Assembly (NCBI RefSeq): GCF_002571385.2
Contig: NW_019217973.1
Coordinates: 113,131 to 177,130 of the forward strand
DNA length: 64,000 nucleotides
From: Stylophora pistillata
Lineage: Eukaryota
Direction of reading: 5' to 3'
Part shown: one piece after another, positions 37,945 to 61,420 of the stretch
Layout: every line of letters begins with the position of its first letter
How positions within the stretch are numbered: the first letter of the stretch is position 1
Made by a program: the position numbers and the translations under genes
The notes under the pieces: generated by a model
What the model saw: only the letters and a program-made list of their open reading frames with translations
Databases searched by the model: none
What the model was told of the DNA's origin: nothing

Positions 37945-38202
37945 CTACTGGATAAGTAAAGGAGTCCGCAATTTACCAAACAACCACAAAGTCCCTTTGC
38001 ACTGCGAAGCCTGTAGCAACCTGGCGACCTGGCAACGAGCCTAGACGGCCAACAGTGCGCGGAGCATCATGGCCTTACCACCAGGGTTGGATAGGAGACT
38101 GAGAACAAGAAACGTCATCGTTGCACGTGCGCAGTGGAGAAGTTAGTCAGCAGATAAAGAGTTTTTTAACCGGGTCATTGTACATTTCTAGAGGAAAAAA
38201 GC
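37945..38202. promoter_or_regulatory. Bidirectional promoter between BABAM1 (-) and VCP (+)
   Basis: GC-richer segment between the BABAM1 5' splice donor (~37945, minus) and the VCP ATG (38203). Contains TGCACGTGCGCA (NRF1/E-box-like) and GGCAAC/AGCAAC half-sites. Confidence 0.6.
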
Positions 38203-47605
<9,403 letters not shown>

Positions 47606-48693
47606 GACAGCCTGCACATTTCCTTTTGTGTTTTTTGGAAAAGTTGCATTTTGATTAAGGCCACCAACTCACCATGCTTCTGTTTAATGCAATGTTGAGG
47701 TTAACACCGAAAAAGGAATTTTGTTTGATGAAAATGTAGTGCTTAGCTTAAAATTTTTAAAATGTGATGTATTAGACACTATGATATTTAATAAAGTGCT
47801 TTGTAGTGTGATGATCCAAGGTGTGTTACATAAGTACCAAGCAGATGTGGTGCACAGATACACAAATTGGGGACCGGGTAGTCACCCATATTAAGTCTGT
47901 ATGGCAACAGCTTAATTACATTCAATATATTTCAGTCCATTCTGGAAATGAATGAACTGTTTGATTTGTACAGGTCAAACTCAGAAAGTCAAATAAATTG
48001 AATGTATGCCAGACTATTCTTTGAATTTAACATTAACTGAGAAGAAGAATTACCTGCTGTTCATGATCACTTCCCACCCTTCTCTTTTCAAAATTAATGG
48101 TCAAGGGAAAGAATGAGAAGAGTTCCAGAAAAGGTTGCTAGAAGGTTGTAGAAGTTGTGTGACAGTAGGGAACCCTCAGCAAATTTGAATCTGATCAAAT
48201 CCACCTATACATCTGCTTTTCAGAATATAAGGTCAGTTTTAGTTTTAACAGACTATTAAGTGTGCAGGGTTGTTATAACATAAAAACACATTTGGACCAG
48301 AATAAGATTTATTTCATTGAAGACAATATTACTATAGATATTTATAAAAACTCAAGGTTACATTCAGGTAATGTTATGGAATAAAACCCACTGACTATCA
48401 CAAATAGAAGAAGGAGAACAATATTGATAATTATTTGAGTCAAAAGTCTCATTTCACAAATGCTTGCCCAGGCCAGGCAAACAACAGGGTTTTTTTTGTT
48501 GTTTTGAGTTATTAAAATGCCAACAAAGTATGTTGCAAAATTTTCATACTGCACTTTTTGTGTTTCAACTACAATAAATGTTTTTATTATATTGAGTTTT
48601 AATTGTGTGCGGAACTGACAAACTTCTCATATTCTCCTTATGGAGACATTCTGCCATCTGATTTATGTATAGGAATGAGAAATAAAGTTGTCT

Positions 48694-51600
48694 TTAAAGC
48701 CTCAAGAACCGATGAGTAACCTCGTAAATTCCTACTGAAACAGCAGCTTTCTCATCATAGTCAGACCAGTCCTTGTGCGAAAGAAAATATTTCAGTCAAT
48801 ATCATTATTCACTAGCCTGATACACAACAAGTTGTACATTCAGTGTCGGTCTTAATGTTATTATTAACAAGTCAGTAGACACCAAAAGGGTACTTGTATA
48901 TTAAAAACCTAGAGAGGGGATTGTTGTCTCTGGTCATGTAGTCATGCTTGACCTGAAAACCAGTTCATGTTCAGGAAAGTAACCTACAGAGATAATTAAA
49001 GACCTAAAGAAATAAAGAAATTGAATCTAATGTGACTTTAAGCAATTTTAAGAGTTCTTGAAAAAGTCCACCTTTGCCTTTGGGGCCATTGTTGGTAATC
49101 ATTTTAAAATAATCCCTTTTGGTAAACTGTTTCCTGATAAGCACCTGTACCTGTGTTCCATTTGACCTGCTTTTTTTTTTTTTCTTTTAACTTCACTTAA
49201 AGAGATTACCAGGAATGTAATTTGTTGTAATCCTAATTAGCATAAATTACAATTTTGCCATCTTGCATCAAAGGGCAGGAGATGGGTGCAAACCTCCTGA
49301 TCACTAACCTGTTTGCTCACATTGACCCTAAAAAAACCCTTTAGTAAAGTGGCTAAAACTCGATAAGCTAAGGACAAACTTAAAAGGGAGTTACCTTCTC
49401 TGTTAAATTGATGTCTGAGAACTTTGATGCAGAATCAACAGCGTCAGCCACAAATCCAACCTGAACAAAGGATAACAGGGGTGTATTCAATTTCCATGAT
49501 AATAATCTTTATCATTGGAGCATGACTGATTGTAGCACCTCCACACACAGAAAAATATATGTCTGTATATATACATACACATCACAAAATAAAGAGTCAA
49601 ACAAGATGTTGTTTTCCACAAAATTCACCGACCATCATCAGGATTAAAGGCTGTTACATGCCTATCAAACCCCTACACTACAAATTTTAATATACAATGT
49701 GACTGGTAAAACAAGATATATCTGTTGTGTATTCGGAATAAAAGGCCAGGAACACAGTAACCAGATCAAGATGGCGGAAGAAGTGTTTTTAATCGAAAAG
49801 CAGAAAACCTCATGTACCATACCAAATATGGAAAACAGGTCTCGTGACACTAGCTTCTACTTAGAACAGGGAAACTAAAATTAGGATAAATCTAACAATA
49901 TCATTACAAATAAAAAAATAAATAGAGCACTTGCTTAATACAATAATCAGACTGTACATGTACATGACACAAATGAAAATTCAGTGCACACAAATTATTT
50001 CCACTCCATTTTGACTGACAAAGAACTCCCTCTTGGTAGTACCTTGAAGCTTCATGCAGTGACTTGACTTGTTTGACTCTTCATTTTGTAGAACTTACAT
50101 TTTGCACTATGAAGAAGATATCTGACAGAGGATCCATGAATATTAGAACTTCTTTTAAAAAAACTTTTGTCCCTGGCACAAGTGTTATATTAAGAAACAA
50201 AGAATGATCACTGTCAGTGATAAAAACTCTACACCACTGCTTTCACAGCTGATCAAATACCCCACGGTAAAAGAGTGGCTAGAGAAGGCTTTTAAGTGTA
50301 TATGCTTGAGGTTTGGTTCAAGAGAGTAAACTATTTGTCAGATACATAACACACCCTTGGAGAGAAGTCAAATGGTTCCAGTCCTCTGCAGTCAAACGCT
50401 ACCATTGTCTTGAATGTGTTACTATCTTCTATCTATCAAACCAAATTGTAAAAAAATTAAATTTAAAATTTTTGAATGCATAATTTGGATAACAGAGCAG
50501 TTTTCAAGTAGATAGCTCTTTACAGTTTTTGCACAAAATTTTACTAAAATGTTTGATTCATGGTTCAATTTCGGTACTTTTGTATGTGGCAGTCCAATCT
50601 TTCAGAGTCACATCTTTTCTATCAATCAAAAGACAATCTGACAGCCTTTTAGTGCCCCTTATTACAGGGGCAGTTTCTTGAATTTCTGCGGGGTACAAAA
50701 TCTAGATGTGGTATTTACCGTGTATTCAGTGATGCTATCCTTAATTATATCTGCAAAATACAGTAGAGATTTTTGAAGTAAGCATGGTTTATTGCAATTG
50801 AAAACAATCAAAGGACAATGTTACATTGTAGATCCAAATTTTACATGTAAATTGTTTCCTTTTCACTCAGATGTCTTTATCCCAATAACTACTGACCGTT
50901 GATGGTTCTGATTAAAGCAGAGTTTGATGGGATTTTCATTTTCTCCAGCATACCTTTACTAAAGAAGACACCTTGGTTGGTTATTGAGTGAATTATCACA
51001 GAAACACTAGAACACTGCTCTTTTCATTTCATTTTTCTTTTCATGTCCTCAGTCAAACCCCTTTAATTCCTCATCAAATGCCTACCTCCCAAATATAAAT
51101 AGTACATAAAATTCTCACTATATAGGAAGAAAACCTATGGTCTTTTTTTTGCATAGAAAAGCTAAGGAGTTGTCATCAGACCAACTAAGAGCAGTGAGTT
51201 TCCAAGTGGTAGTGTTAAACCCAGGAGCACCAAATTACAAGTGCAACCCTCTAACCACTCAGCTACCCTGTTATTACCTTATCAAACAAACAGGTGGTGA
51301 ACATAAACAAACATTATTTATCAGCTTTATATTGTTTTCATAATGTACCATCAGTCTCTCCACTAATATACAGGGGAATGTTTAACAACTAACATAGAAT
51401 TAGGGGTTGAGTGAAAGGGTTAAATATCAATAATAAGGAACATTATTCTTTTCTCTTACCCATTGAATTTTCACGACCACACAATTTACATTTCGACACA
51501 AAGTTGAATTTTCCTCTGCTTCCTTTAACTGCTTGACTTTCCTGTGATTTATTTAAATGGCAAGTGACAAAAGTAAAAAGTACTCACATAAAAACAAAAA

Positions 51601-53028
51601 AAGTCATCATAAAATGAGAGTGCAATAAAGATTGGTAACTTTTTCACTATAAAAATCTTATGAATTTCCAAAAAATTCTTTTTAAACATAACTGCAGTTA
51701 GGAAAGAGGCGCAAGATTCCAGTTCAAAGAGGAGTCAGTGGTCAAATGTTCATTTTGGAAATGGTGTATTCTTAAAAGAGACTTAGGTTATTTCAGGGGA
51801 TTTTGGATTCATTATTAATAAATACAAAGTAAAGACTGTAGTTAAAGTCAATTAGGATAGATAAGACGGTTTTTTTTCCATTTTACAATTCCTCCAGTTT
51901 GAATTTGCTACAAAGAAAGTTTCTTGTAACTCATACACCAACCCAACTACTTATAATTATAGTTAGTATGTGTAAATGAAAGCATGTATCTTTATTTCAT
52001 AACTTTTTGCCATATTTTTCTCTTGCTAGTATGCACGTTAACAATGGCAGAAAAATTTCCTTATCTCAAGAACACTTACTCTTTATGCTAACAGCTAAAA
52101 TACAATACATATGAACTCACCTCTAAGCTCATATAAATCCAGTCCTTTGTATCTTCTCCACAATTCTGACATTGCAACTTAACAATAGGTAAACACAATT
52201 GGGTACAAAATTCAATCTGATTGTAACCATAAAACGCAAATTAACTATCGACAGTGGATTCAGGAACAGTTATATCCCCACACAAATGATAGACAAACAG
52301 CATAACTCACCAGCAGCGTATCTAAACAAAATATTATGTTTGTTTGCTACATTGTCAGTTGATAATCTCACACCTAAGGGATGCATATGGTATCTTGGAG
52401 GCAAAGGTCTGAATCCTGTCGAAGCCTGAATTTTCTTTGGCTTCTTTTCTGCCTCTCATTAAATTGGAGCTCATCTACAAGGATCATTTCCTCAAATTAG
52501 GCGTATTAGATAAGGGGAAATTGTGCGATTATAGTAGTCTAAAGACTGTAGAATTTTGAGCCACTAAACTTGTCTGTGATGTAAGTTATACATAATGGTA
52601 GAAATTACGCCGTTAGTTAACGTAAAATCTTTCAGAAAGTACATTACCGACTGAAAGAAGTTATGTTTAGTAGCTAACTCTCTTACGTTCGGAAAGTACT
52701 GTGACAAACTACTACTACCGTGAAAATAGCTTAAATTTACCTTCAAATACCAACGAAAGTCTTCTCCCTCAGGCTTAACATTGGTTAAATTTTCCAGATT
52801 GGCTTTGAACTGTAAAGCTATACGCTGGTTTCAGTTGTTGCAAAATGTAAACAATGAACTCCAATTAGTCAAAATACGGCAGTGAAGTAGCTAGACAGAA
52901 TATAGCGTAGGAAAACGTATTTCTTCTAACCACTAAAATTTCCTGAACATAAAAAATAGCAACATTTTACATAGTTGAAGACATGGCAGCCTTTGGACGT
53001 CACAACCAAAACAAGAACTTACCACCAT
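48694..53028 (-). CDS. CZIB: CXXC motif-containing zinc-binding protein (UPF0587/C1orf123), multi-exon
   Basis: 6-nt first coding exon ATG GTG, then [64 protein letters not shown] and [25 protein letters not shown]. Confidence 0.92.
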
Positions 53029-53138
53029 TGTGCGATTTTGCTACAAAACAACAGTTCCTGTGCCTGCATTAAGAGCGACCAGCGCTTGACACATGGATAC
53101 TGTCATGCGCTTTAAGTATCCTTGGATGTAGAAGCAAC
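53029..53138. promoter_or_regulatory. Very compact bidirectional promoter between CZIB and MRPS21
   Basis: Divergent ATGs at 53028 (-) and 53139 (+), 110 bp apart. Confidence 0.7.
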
Positions 53139-53393
53139 ATGGCGCACAATAGATTTCTTGCTCGTACTATTATTGCTGAAAATGGGGCAACAGCAGCCTT
53201 GAGGTCGCTACAGCGTGTGCTTTCGCATGAAAATGTCATCAGGGATATCCGTCTCAAACGTTACTACGAGAAACCAACCGTGAAAAGGCGGCGATTGAAG
53301 TATGAAAGTGCCCTCAGATTGTACAACTCTGAAATGACTCGCAAAGTAGACTTTGTCATGGCAAAGCAAAGAAAAGAGACTCCGTGGTCATGA
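53139..53393 (+). CDS. MRPS21: Mitochondrial ribosomal protein S21 (bS21m), intronless CDS
   Basis: MAHNRFLARTI...RYYEKPTVKRRR...RLYNSEMTRKVDFVM...PWS matches the RF(I/L)ART, YYEKP and YNxEMxRK motifs of MRPS21. Confidence 0.93.
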   Translation: MAHNRFLARTIIAENGATAALRSLQRVLSHENVIRDIRLKRYYEKPTVKRRRLKYESALRLYNSEMTRKVDFVMAKQRKETPWS

Positions 53394-54335
53394 AATATAT
53401 ACTGGAACTTTAGAAAGAGAACTACCTGTGATGCTTCTTTGGAAGGACGTTTGAAATGATTGAGTTCTGTCGTGAACTGTAGAACTTGTGAGGAAGCCTG
53501 CTCATGGAAATAGCCCTTGATAAATGTTATGTCCGGTATCCATCTGTACTCTGAGCTACTTTGTGAATGAAAGAGATATAAAACGCACTAACTCTTAGAG
53601 ATGTTTACTTAGTTACCGTGAATGACAGGATCGCGATAGACCAAATGAAAATGCAAGAGTACTGTGTAATGTAAGTAATGCACAACTGTCCTTGTTTTGC
53701 TTGCGCCTCTTTAGATTGAACCTAAGCCGAACTGACATATGTCTGGCACATTTTCAGTCGAGTATCGAAAGAAATATTGGACTGTAATAAGTTTGCTTCA
53801 TATCGCTCTTTGATGGGTATAGAGAACTCGTACCACCCTTACCAACAATCAGATGTATAACAAAGTCTTAACTTGGTCCCTTGTCCACCCGCGCTTCTGG
53901 TAGTTTGCTTGCTGCAACTCGGAGTCTCAACTGGCTGGCTACTATCAATGTTTTTCTTTCATCTGATCCGTCATTGTGATTAAACTTCTCATTATCAAAC
54001 CTTGGTCTCTTTTTAATCATGTGCCTGAAGGTTCCTTCTTGAATGAGACCCACGTGTATCTTCAATACTGGAGCAGGCGACTACCGGTAAATCTGTCCCA
54101 GTTTAGCGTGCGGCTATTTTGGACTCAGTTCTTGATGGACCTGGTAAACCATCCAAACTAAGTTAACCCACCGGGAAGATCTGTTTAGAACATGATTTTG
54201 TCAACCCAAGGTAGGGAATTACCACCTCATTCTACAGTCTTCCCCTTCAAAGTTGTTCACTTAGTTATGCCCGCCCCAAAGATAAAACCCACTTTAAGGG
54301 CAAAAATTATAGCTAAGCATGTGATGAGGGTAACT

Positions 54336-54615
54336 NNNNNNNNNNNNNNNNNNNNNNNNNNNNNNNNNNNNNNNNNNNNNNNNNNNNNNNNNNNNNNNNN
54401 NNNNNNNNNNNNNNNNNNNNNNNNNNNNNNNNNNNNNNNNNNNNNNNNNNNNNNNNNNNNNNNNNNNNNNNNNNNNNNNNNNNNNNNNNNNNNNNNNNNN
54501 NNNNNNNNNNNNNNNNNNNNNNNNNNNNNNNNNNNNNNNNNNNNNNNNNNNNNNNNNNNNNNNNNNNNNNNNNNNNNNNNNNNNNNNNNNNNNNNNNNNN
54601 NNNNNNNNNNNNNNN
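54336..54615. other. Assembly gap (N run)
   Basis: About 280 consecutive N. Confidence 1.
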
Positions 54616-55853
54616 GTTTTATCGACCCAGTTGATAATTTAGTGGTGTATTCTTAAAAGAGACGGTTTTTTTCGACCGAGTTGATAATTTAATCGGCCAC
54701 CGGCCGTAGAGTTTCTAAGCTGATGTTCCAAGCTGACTTAATTATCTACTTGAGAACCTACTCAAAGATTAAATCTATATTATCATTATCGTGTAACCAT
54801 CTGATCAAATTGAATCAAATTTATGAACCCAAACAGGTGCTATAATAACAATTTTATTAAAAATATATGTATAAATATCTAGCTATGATAGAAAGTTTGA
54901 CAAACGACTTTCTTTGATGTACTTAATACACATACACCCTGTACACGTGAAGAGGGACTCGTGACCGCAATTACGATTTGTCATTGTGTTTGTCCATATA
55001 CCTGTTGAAAGCGCCATTATTTGTGCCAAAGGCAAAAACAAAAGCGCGCCAGTTTGATTACTTGTTTGGTTCAAGGGAGTAACAATTTCACTTAAAATAA
55101 ACTGTCTCAGAAAAGCAAATCGATCGATTTCATCGCTCTCGCGATAAGAAGAGGGCAGTGAAAGAAACTTTGTAGCAATATATTTGAAAGCCTATTTGGA
55201 AACTCTAGCAGTAGACACACATTCCATCGAAGGCTTTTCTTTTTACAACTCTGTTTTTTTATCCCACGGAACGGGTGCAGAGAGGGTTATGGACGGCGAG
55301 GGTTCGTCTTCGTCACAACCCAGTCTTTTAAGGATCAGGGTTTCGTGAACTTTAAGAAACCATGTAACTTTTACAAAAGAGGTAGTCCTTGAAGGAAGAG
55401 GTAGTTGACGCAAAAAATACTTATATTCTGTGAAATTCAAACGTCATTCAATAATGGTGACGTTATGACTGAGCGCAAGATTGAGCAAATTAACCTGTGC
55501 CTTCGTCTACAAAGTAAAAACAAAGAAGAGGTCAGAATGTGGCACGTTGAACAGTTGAAACTGTATTATTATAGTTATTTGTATTATCCTGGTCATTTCT
55601 ACTTTCTCTATCACATTTCTCACTCTGCTGTTCACAATATTATGTTAATTTGTACGTAAATATGAGGTTGTCCACTGGCAGCTGTTCCACTGAGCCTTGT
55701 ATTATATTTTTTCCTACAATACTCTGTCACGGCCCAGATTTGAGGCAGGTTATTTGTCGTCCTAATCCTTTTGGCCTCCATAACTCATCAGAAGAGTTCC
55801 CAGACTTTTAAGCGCTCTGAAATGACGTTTCTAATCAGGTCACATCCAGGCAG

Positions 55854-58800
55854 TCAAACATAAAGTGTTAGCGCATTTAGGAGTAGCAATCCTGTGCTAC
55901 ATACGGTAACAGGCGCTGCCACTGACGTCATGATAGGAGATACATCATTACTGAGATCCTCTCCCACACTCTCAGTTATATTTTCACTGAAAAAGAAATT
56001 TTAACATGATTTAGGAATCTGACTTGACCAAACGATTGTAAACATCCGCCGATAACGAATGTGAAAGTGGCCATACCCTTTGCCAGCAAAGGATTTATTC
56101 AATAAATATCAGTCCGCTACATACCGTTTTTCTGCTGGTGTTTTCGTAACTTTGAGCACCAGCTTCACACGACTAAAATCTGGTCTTTTCCTTCTTCTTC
56201 TCGAACATCTTCTTCTATGTCTCTTTCGACATTTTCTGCGTCTTTTTTTTTTTCTCGTTCCAGGATTTGTAACCCGGAGTGCTTTGTAACTGCAAGAGAA
56301 AGCAACAAAAATGTTACTCTTAACTCCGGGGAGAGACCATCAAAAAAGTTATGGGGGGAGATTCTGAAAGATGCAAGCACTGTTTTAGTACACATTGGGT
56401 AAAAATCTGTTTTGTTTGTTTATTTTGGACAGCTTTCTCAAAAAGCTAAATTTAGGACGTTTTTATGTTTAGCAAGATTCTTGTTTTGAAACGACTTGAG
56501 TAGAACTCACCTCAGTTATATGAGAGTGAGAGATGGACTAATTCAGAGAAACAAATTAGTCGATACAAAGTCTTCAAAAATGCCTACGAGAACAACCATC
56601 TAGAAACTGAAAAAGGCAGAGTTAATCACAGATGACAATGATCCTAGCAGCTTGTCAGTGTCCAGTTTAAGAGCAGTCCACCCAACATTTGCCTTTAAAA
56701 GCACACACAACCCACAATTCCCCTATTGGCTCCGACGAAGGGCTAACGCTCGAAACGTCAGCTATTATAATCGTAACGGTGGCCAATTTACCATTTCAAC
56801 TTTGTTGATAAATTCAAATTATTTGAAAGTTAGTTTGTTTCTGATGGAAAGTGGTCATTTGTGGAACTTCACACTTCCTTACGTTTAAATCTATAGCTGA
56901 GAGAGACTCTGTACAACTNATACTGACAATGATAACGATAAGGCTGACAAAACACGGCGATACTGATAATGATGACGATATGGATGACAAAATCGATCAT
57001 GATAATGACAACGATACGGATGAAAAAATCGATAATGAAGATGATAACGTTAAGGATGACAAAACCCGCTGATACTGATAATAATGATACGGATGACAGT
57101 ACCAATGTTGATAATGATAACGATGAGGATGACAAAATCGAGAATGATAATGAAAACGATAAGGATGACAAAAACGATAATGATAATAAAAACGATAAGG
57201 ATGACAAAAACGATAATGATAATGATAACGATAAGGATGATAAAATGGATAATGATAATGATAACAATAAGGATGACAAAATTGATAATGATAGTGATAT
57301 GACGTCAAAAACAACGATGACGATGGCAACAGAGATCGTGGTGATGATTATGAGGATGATAATAGCACTCACCGGCACCAAACGCAAAAAAGAAATTCCG
57401 TTCAGGATACTTGTTTAAAAGTTCGATTACTCTTTTTGCCATGCGCTCATTCCGTTTGAAAATGAGCTCCGTTCTCAAATATTGATCAATCTCTTGAGTC
57501 CTCTTCAACTCTAATTGCCTCAGTGAGAAATTGGAAGATATACTTGGCAGTCGCGTTGATTGAGTTGAGAAAAGAAAGGAGGTAAGATCTCCACAGTTAT
57601 AATGATCTATGAGATCGTCTGTAGTGTACGCTAAGTGGGCTTTGCCAACTCGCAGCTTTTCTTGAAAGTTAAGTGTTTGGTTTAAAGCAAAGACCACCTA
57701 CAAGACAAAGGAAATAAGTAAGAGTGTTTGAGCAGTTAAATTTTGTCGTTATTACTCCGCACAACACGAGTGATGGACAGCAGTCAGGTGACCAGGGTAA
57801 AATCTTGAGAAAAGTGTCTCTGCGGTCATAGAGATCTGTTATTATTCTCACGATAAATAGACAAACAAATGTAGCGAAGATTGAAACAAAAGAGAAGCTT
57901 ACATACCTTGTATCTCTTTGAATTCTTAAATGAGATTAAAAGGATCGTCAAAAAAAAAAAAAATAAACTCGCGCATTTGTCTATCGCAATGGTAACGCCC
58001 AACAACGTGAGCTCCGCTCTTACTAATGAATGTTACTTTAGCCCAAAAAAGGACGCGTAAATGGAAACTTATGTGCTCTGGCACGCGTGCTAGATTTTAT
58101 AATCCACGCAAAACCTTTTGTGCAATATAAATTTGCCTGCAGGCTGTTTAGTTTCTTACACAGTTATTTGAGGTGACTCATGCCGTTACTTTTACAGTAG
58201 GGAGCACGATCCAAATTAAGCACACCATACATGTACTTTATATTAAACCTTAAAATTCACAAAACAAAACAATGCAAGTTTTCTTGATTCTTTTCACAAT
58301 ACTTGTACTACCTTTTTGTTCACTGAGACATACAGTCGCCAATATACCAACCGGTCGATGAAAACAACATTTGATCTTATCTATCATCGACCAGGTTAAG
58401 TCACTTATCATTACAATGAACTAAAAACATGTTAGCAATTCATGTCACGAGATCTGACTCAGTTTATCTGGTGCCTTTACTTGTGAAGCATTGCGCATCA
58501 CGCACGCTCTATAAAGAATGGTTATCTTAACTTTGCAGCTGTATAAATTGACTTGAATATGTCTATCATCTTGCCCAATAAACAAATTATCTTTTTCCAT
58601 TATTTTTTTGCCCTAGGGTTTGCGATATACCGGCAAAGCATGTTAGTTTGTTGACAACTAAGGAAATGTGGCAAACTACATTTAAAAATATAAAAATACC
58701 AACTTGATACGCTCGAAAAGAGGGATGTCTTTCACTGCGTTGTATTTTTGAATTGCGGATATACCATATCGTAGTTTTTGTTTTAAATGCATTGTTACGT

Positions 58801-61420
58801 GACAGGAAAAAAATAACGTCCATGTTCAAACATCAACAGATAAAACAAATGTAACAGAAGCTTGAACTTTGGGTTATTAAAATGCTATTATGAGAGGCTG
58901 TCGTGTAGATGATTGTCCACATACGACACTCATACACAATTTGTGTCTCGGTTAAGAGTCATTTTAGTTCGGCACATCAAACAGAACCGCTTTTATATTA
59001 ATCTCAAAGACTAAAAGGGCATATCAATAGCATTATATCAAAGAATTGTTCATACCAAAGAAACTCCAAATATTGACAGTTACTCGATGTAACTGGAAGA
59101 TACAGATTAAAACTTCCCGCCCGGTGCTGGAAGATAGCTTTGTTGCGCTAGTAACAGAAAATTTTTCAAGCTAATGGACAGAGGACGTGTTTGCATATTT
59201 AATTGTGTCAATTCGATTCATACTTATTACAATTCCCTTGAAATCGCCTGCAAAAATCACTGCAAGAAGTCACGTTACAATAGGCACGCCACTCGCTAGT
59301 AGAACTCACTTCTACGTTTCGTGGTTTGGCCAGAAATGAGCTCATCGCGGTTAAAAATTAGAATTTGCAGCAATTTGAAATGACACACTCTTGATTTAAT
59401 TACCACCATTGTCTATATTATAAGAAAGCCGCTTAACCAGGCTGCAACACAGACTCAACGAAAACGTGTGAAACGTTCTCCTCAGTCTATTCTCAATACG
59501 TAGTCTGCCTGGAACAAAAAATGCAAAATATCGTGGCGATCGCGGTAAGCAAATCGTTGAGGAGAAAGGCGTGATAATTAAAGACGTTTAATGACACCAC
59601 AGCTGAGCCTTGTTTTCGTATCAAACCCGATAAAAGCTGCACTAAACAATCATGTAACAGATACTCCAGTCGGAGCTTGACACCGAACACCGAAAGGCAA
59701 GCCGCCTAAAACATACACGAGTGGTGATGTCAAGACATCACGACCATTTAAAGAATCTGCAAAGGATGACACAAAATCAGTGAAGTTTTCTCGCTTTTTA
59801 ATGCATGAGCGCCAGTGTTTATTGTTAAAGAATGAAAACTTAATAGCTTTTGAATGCATTAACCGATGTAAAGACGGCAATTGTATTAAAGAACGATTTA
59901 CGAAAAGAGACGTTTGCATTAAACACTAACTAATGTAGAAGGAGGCAGGCAGTCAGGTCAACTTCCCTGAATTGATCATCATCATATGGTGAATGATTAG
60001 CTTTGAAGTCTCATACAAAACAACTTGACCGCTAATAGACTTCCCTCGAGCAATCAGTCCTGACTAAACATTCCACAAATGCATCGTGAAACCGCTCGTA
60101 ACAATACACGATTAAGAAACTTTTTCCCACTGTTTTGACAATGTAAATAACAAAGCTCAATACAAACACAAATGCTCCATTTTATGCGTCCGCACATAAT
60201 GAGTAAGACAATAAGGCCTCTCAGTTCACTGATGCAATCGAAAGATTTTAACGCCACATTTGTGGGTTAATCAACCCAAAAATATTACTTACTGTAGTCA
60301 TAACTTAACAAATATAAGTTGTTACATGATAATACAATTAGCTCGCGAGCCGACTCACGCAAAAGGGAAATGTAAAGAGAACGTAGCTCATAGGAGATCA
60401 CGCTTCAATGAAGCGCCAGCACTACTCGAATGCACTTCAGAACACAATTTGCTCGAAGCTGTCGTCGCATGTGTTTACAAGAAATATACAACTATTGTTA
60501 ATTGTCGCGTGCAATTTAACTTAAACACTGATATTGTCAGAATCAGTTAATCTATATTATACTAGTAAGCTGGATTCTACTGAGAAACATTTGACTTAAA
60601 GGAGATTTGAGAGATTATGCGATTCTCATTCAACTAACCTGTGTATCCTTTAGTGAATTAAGTGGCTGGCACTGTTCCTCTACTTCCTCTACTGCTCCCG
60701 TGAATTTCTCATTTCTGGCAGCTTCCGAGGCAAGATACTGATCCAAAACTGGTATTCCTCGATTTTTAATGTCACTTTCGGTCAGAGAATTTACCATGAG
60801 CATAATCCATATTGGTCGCTTTTTCTGCCAGTCTTTCGTCAGAAGCTGGAATATTTTGTCGGCGTAAGGCGCCATTCCTTGGTAATATTCTCCATCATTT
60901 TCTTTCAACCACATAGGGATCCTTTTCTTAATGTACCTCAAATGCCTCTGCAGGCGACGATACATACTCCGAGGTAACACGTCCTTGAGAAGTCCTCCCT
61001 TCGGCAACATTTGACATTTCCAAAGTGCGTTAACTGTAGGTTTGCTGGTCAAATCAAGTTCAAAATATACGTATTGACTTGTCTTGAAGGCTGCTTTGCT
61101 GTTTGAAGGAATGAACTCCCATACTCTTGTGTAAGGTACATGGATTGTACCGAAGAAGTAAGCCGGTGGATTTCGTTTCACTAACCATAAAAACGAGTTG
61201 AGGTTCTCTTGAAGCTGTAAACACGAGTACAAATAAAATACGCACAACGTAATTATTTTTGAAAGCACAATACAACAGTGATCTTTAAGAATTGAAGTGC
61301 ACACATTAACGCACACAAGCAAGAAATCTTGAAATCTGTTACCGCGTAATTCGTGCAAGATCTTGTGGAAGGTATTCGGTCCGGTGTAGCATTGTGACTC
61401 CTGAGAGGTGACTCTGTTAC
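55854..61420 (-). CDS. TRABD2: Tiki/TraB-family Wnt-inactivating metalloprotease; 5' signal-peptide exon not located and one internal exon missing
   Basis: Exon ~60639-61214 [28 protein letters not shown]...VYFELDLT...[37 protein letters not shown]. Exon ~57373-57699 FALNQTL...HYNCGDL...[13 protein letters not shown]...FFFAFGA. Exon ~56124-56289 is polybasic. Last exon 55854-55986 has a hydrophobic GPI-signal-like tail. Probable upstream exon 61343-61420. Confidence 0.92.
56729..56762 (+). ncRNA. Minimal hammerhead-like motif in a short Penelope-derived repeat; related copies on minus at ~16545-16580 and ~18095-18130
   Basis: GCT-CCGACGA-AGGGCTAACGCTC-GAAAC-GTC-AGC. The other copies have the canonical CTGACGA core. 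Confidence 0.6.
56920..57362. repeat. Degenerate (GAT/GATAAT/GACAAA)n low-complexity repeat in a Tiki intron
   Basis: Repeated gataatgataacgataaggatgacaaaa units. Source of the spurious D/N-rich and hydrophobic ORFs. Confidence 0.9.

Noticed and set aside
54192-54656. 154-aa ORF
   Set aside because: Artefact of translation through the N gap.
56851-57418. Several overlapping D/N-rich, M/I-rich or hydrophobic ORFs resembling an acidic skeletal matrix protein
   Set aside because: They arise from a GAT-based microsatellite within a Tiki intron; several frames are open only because of low complexity.
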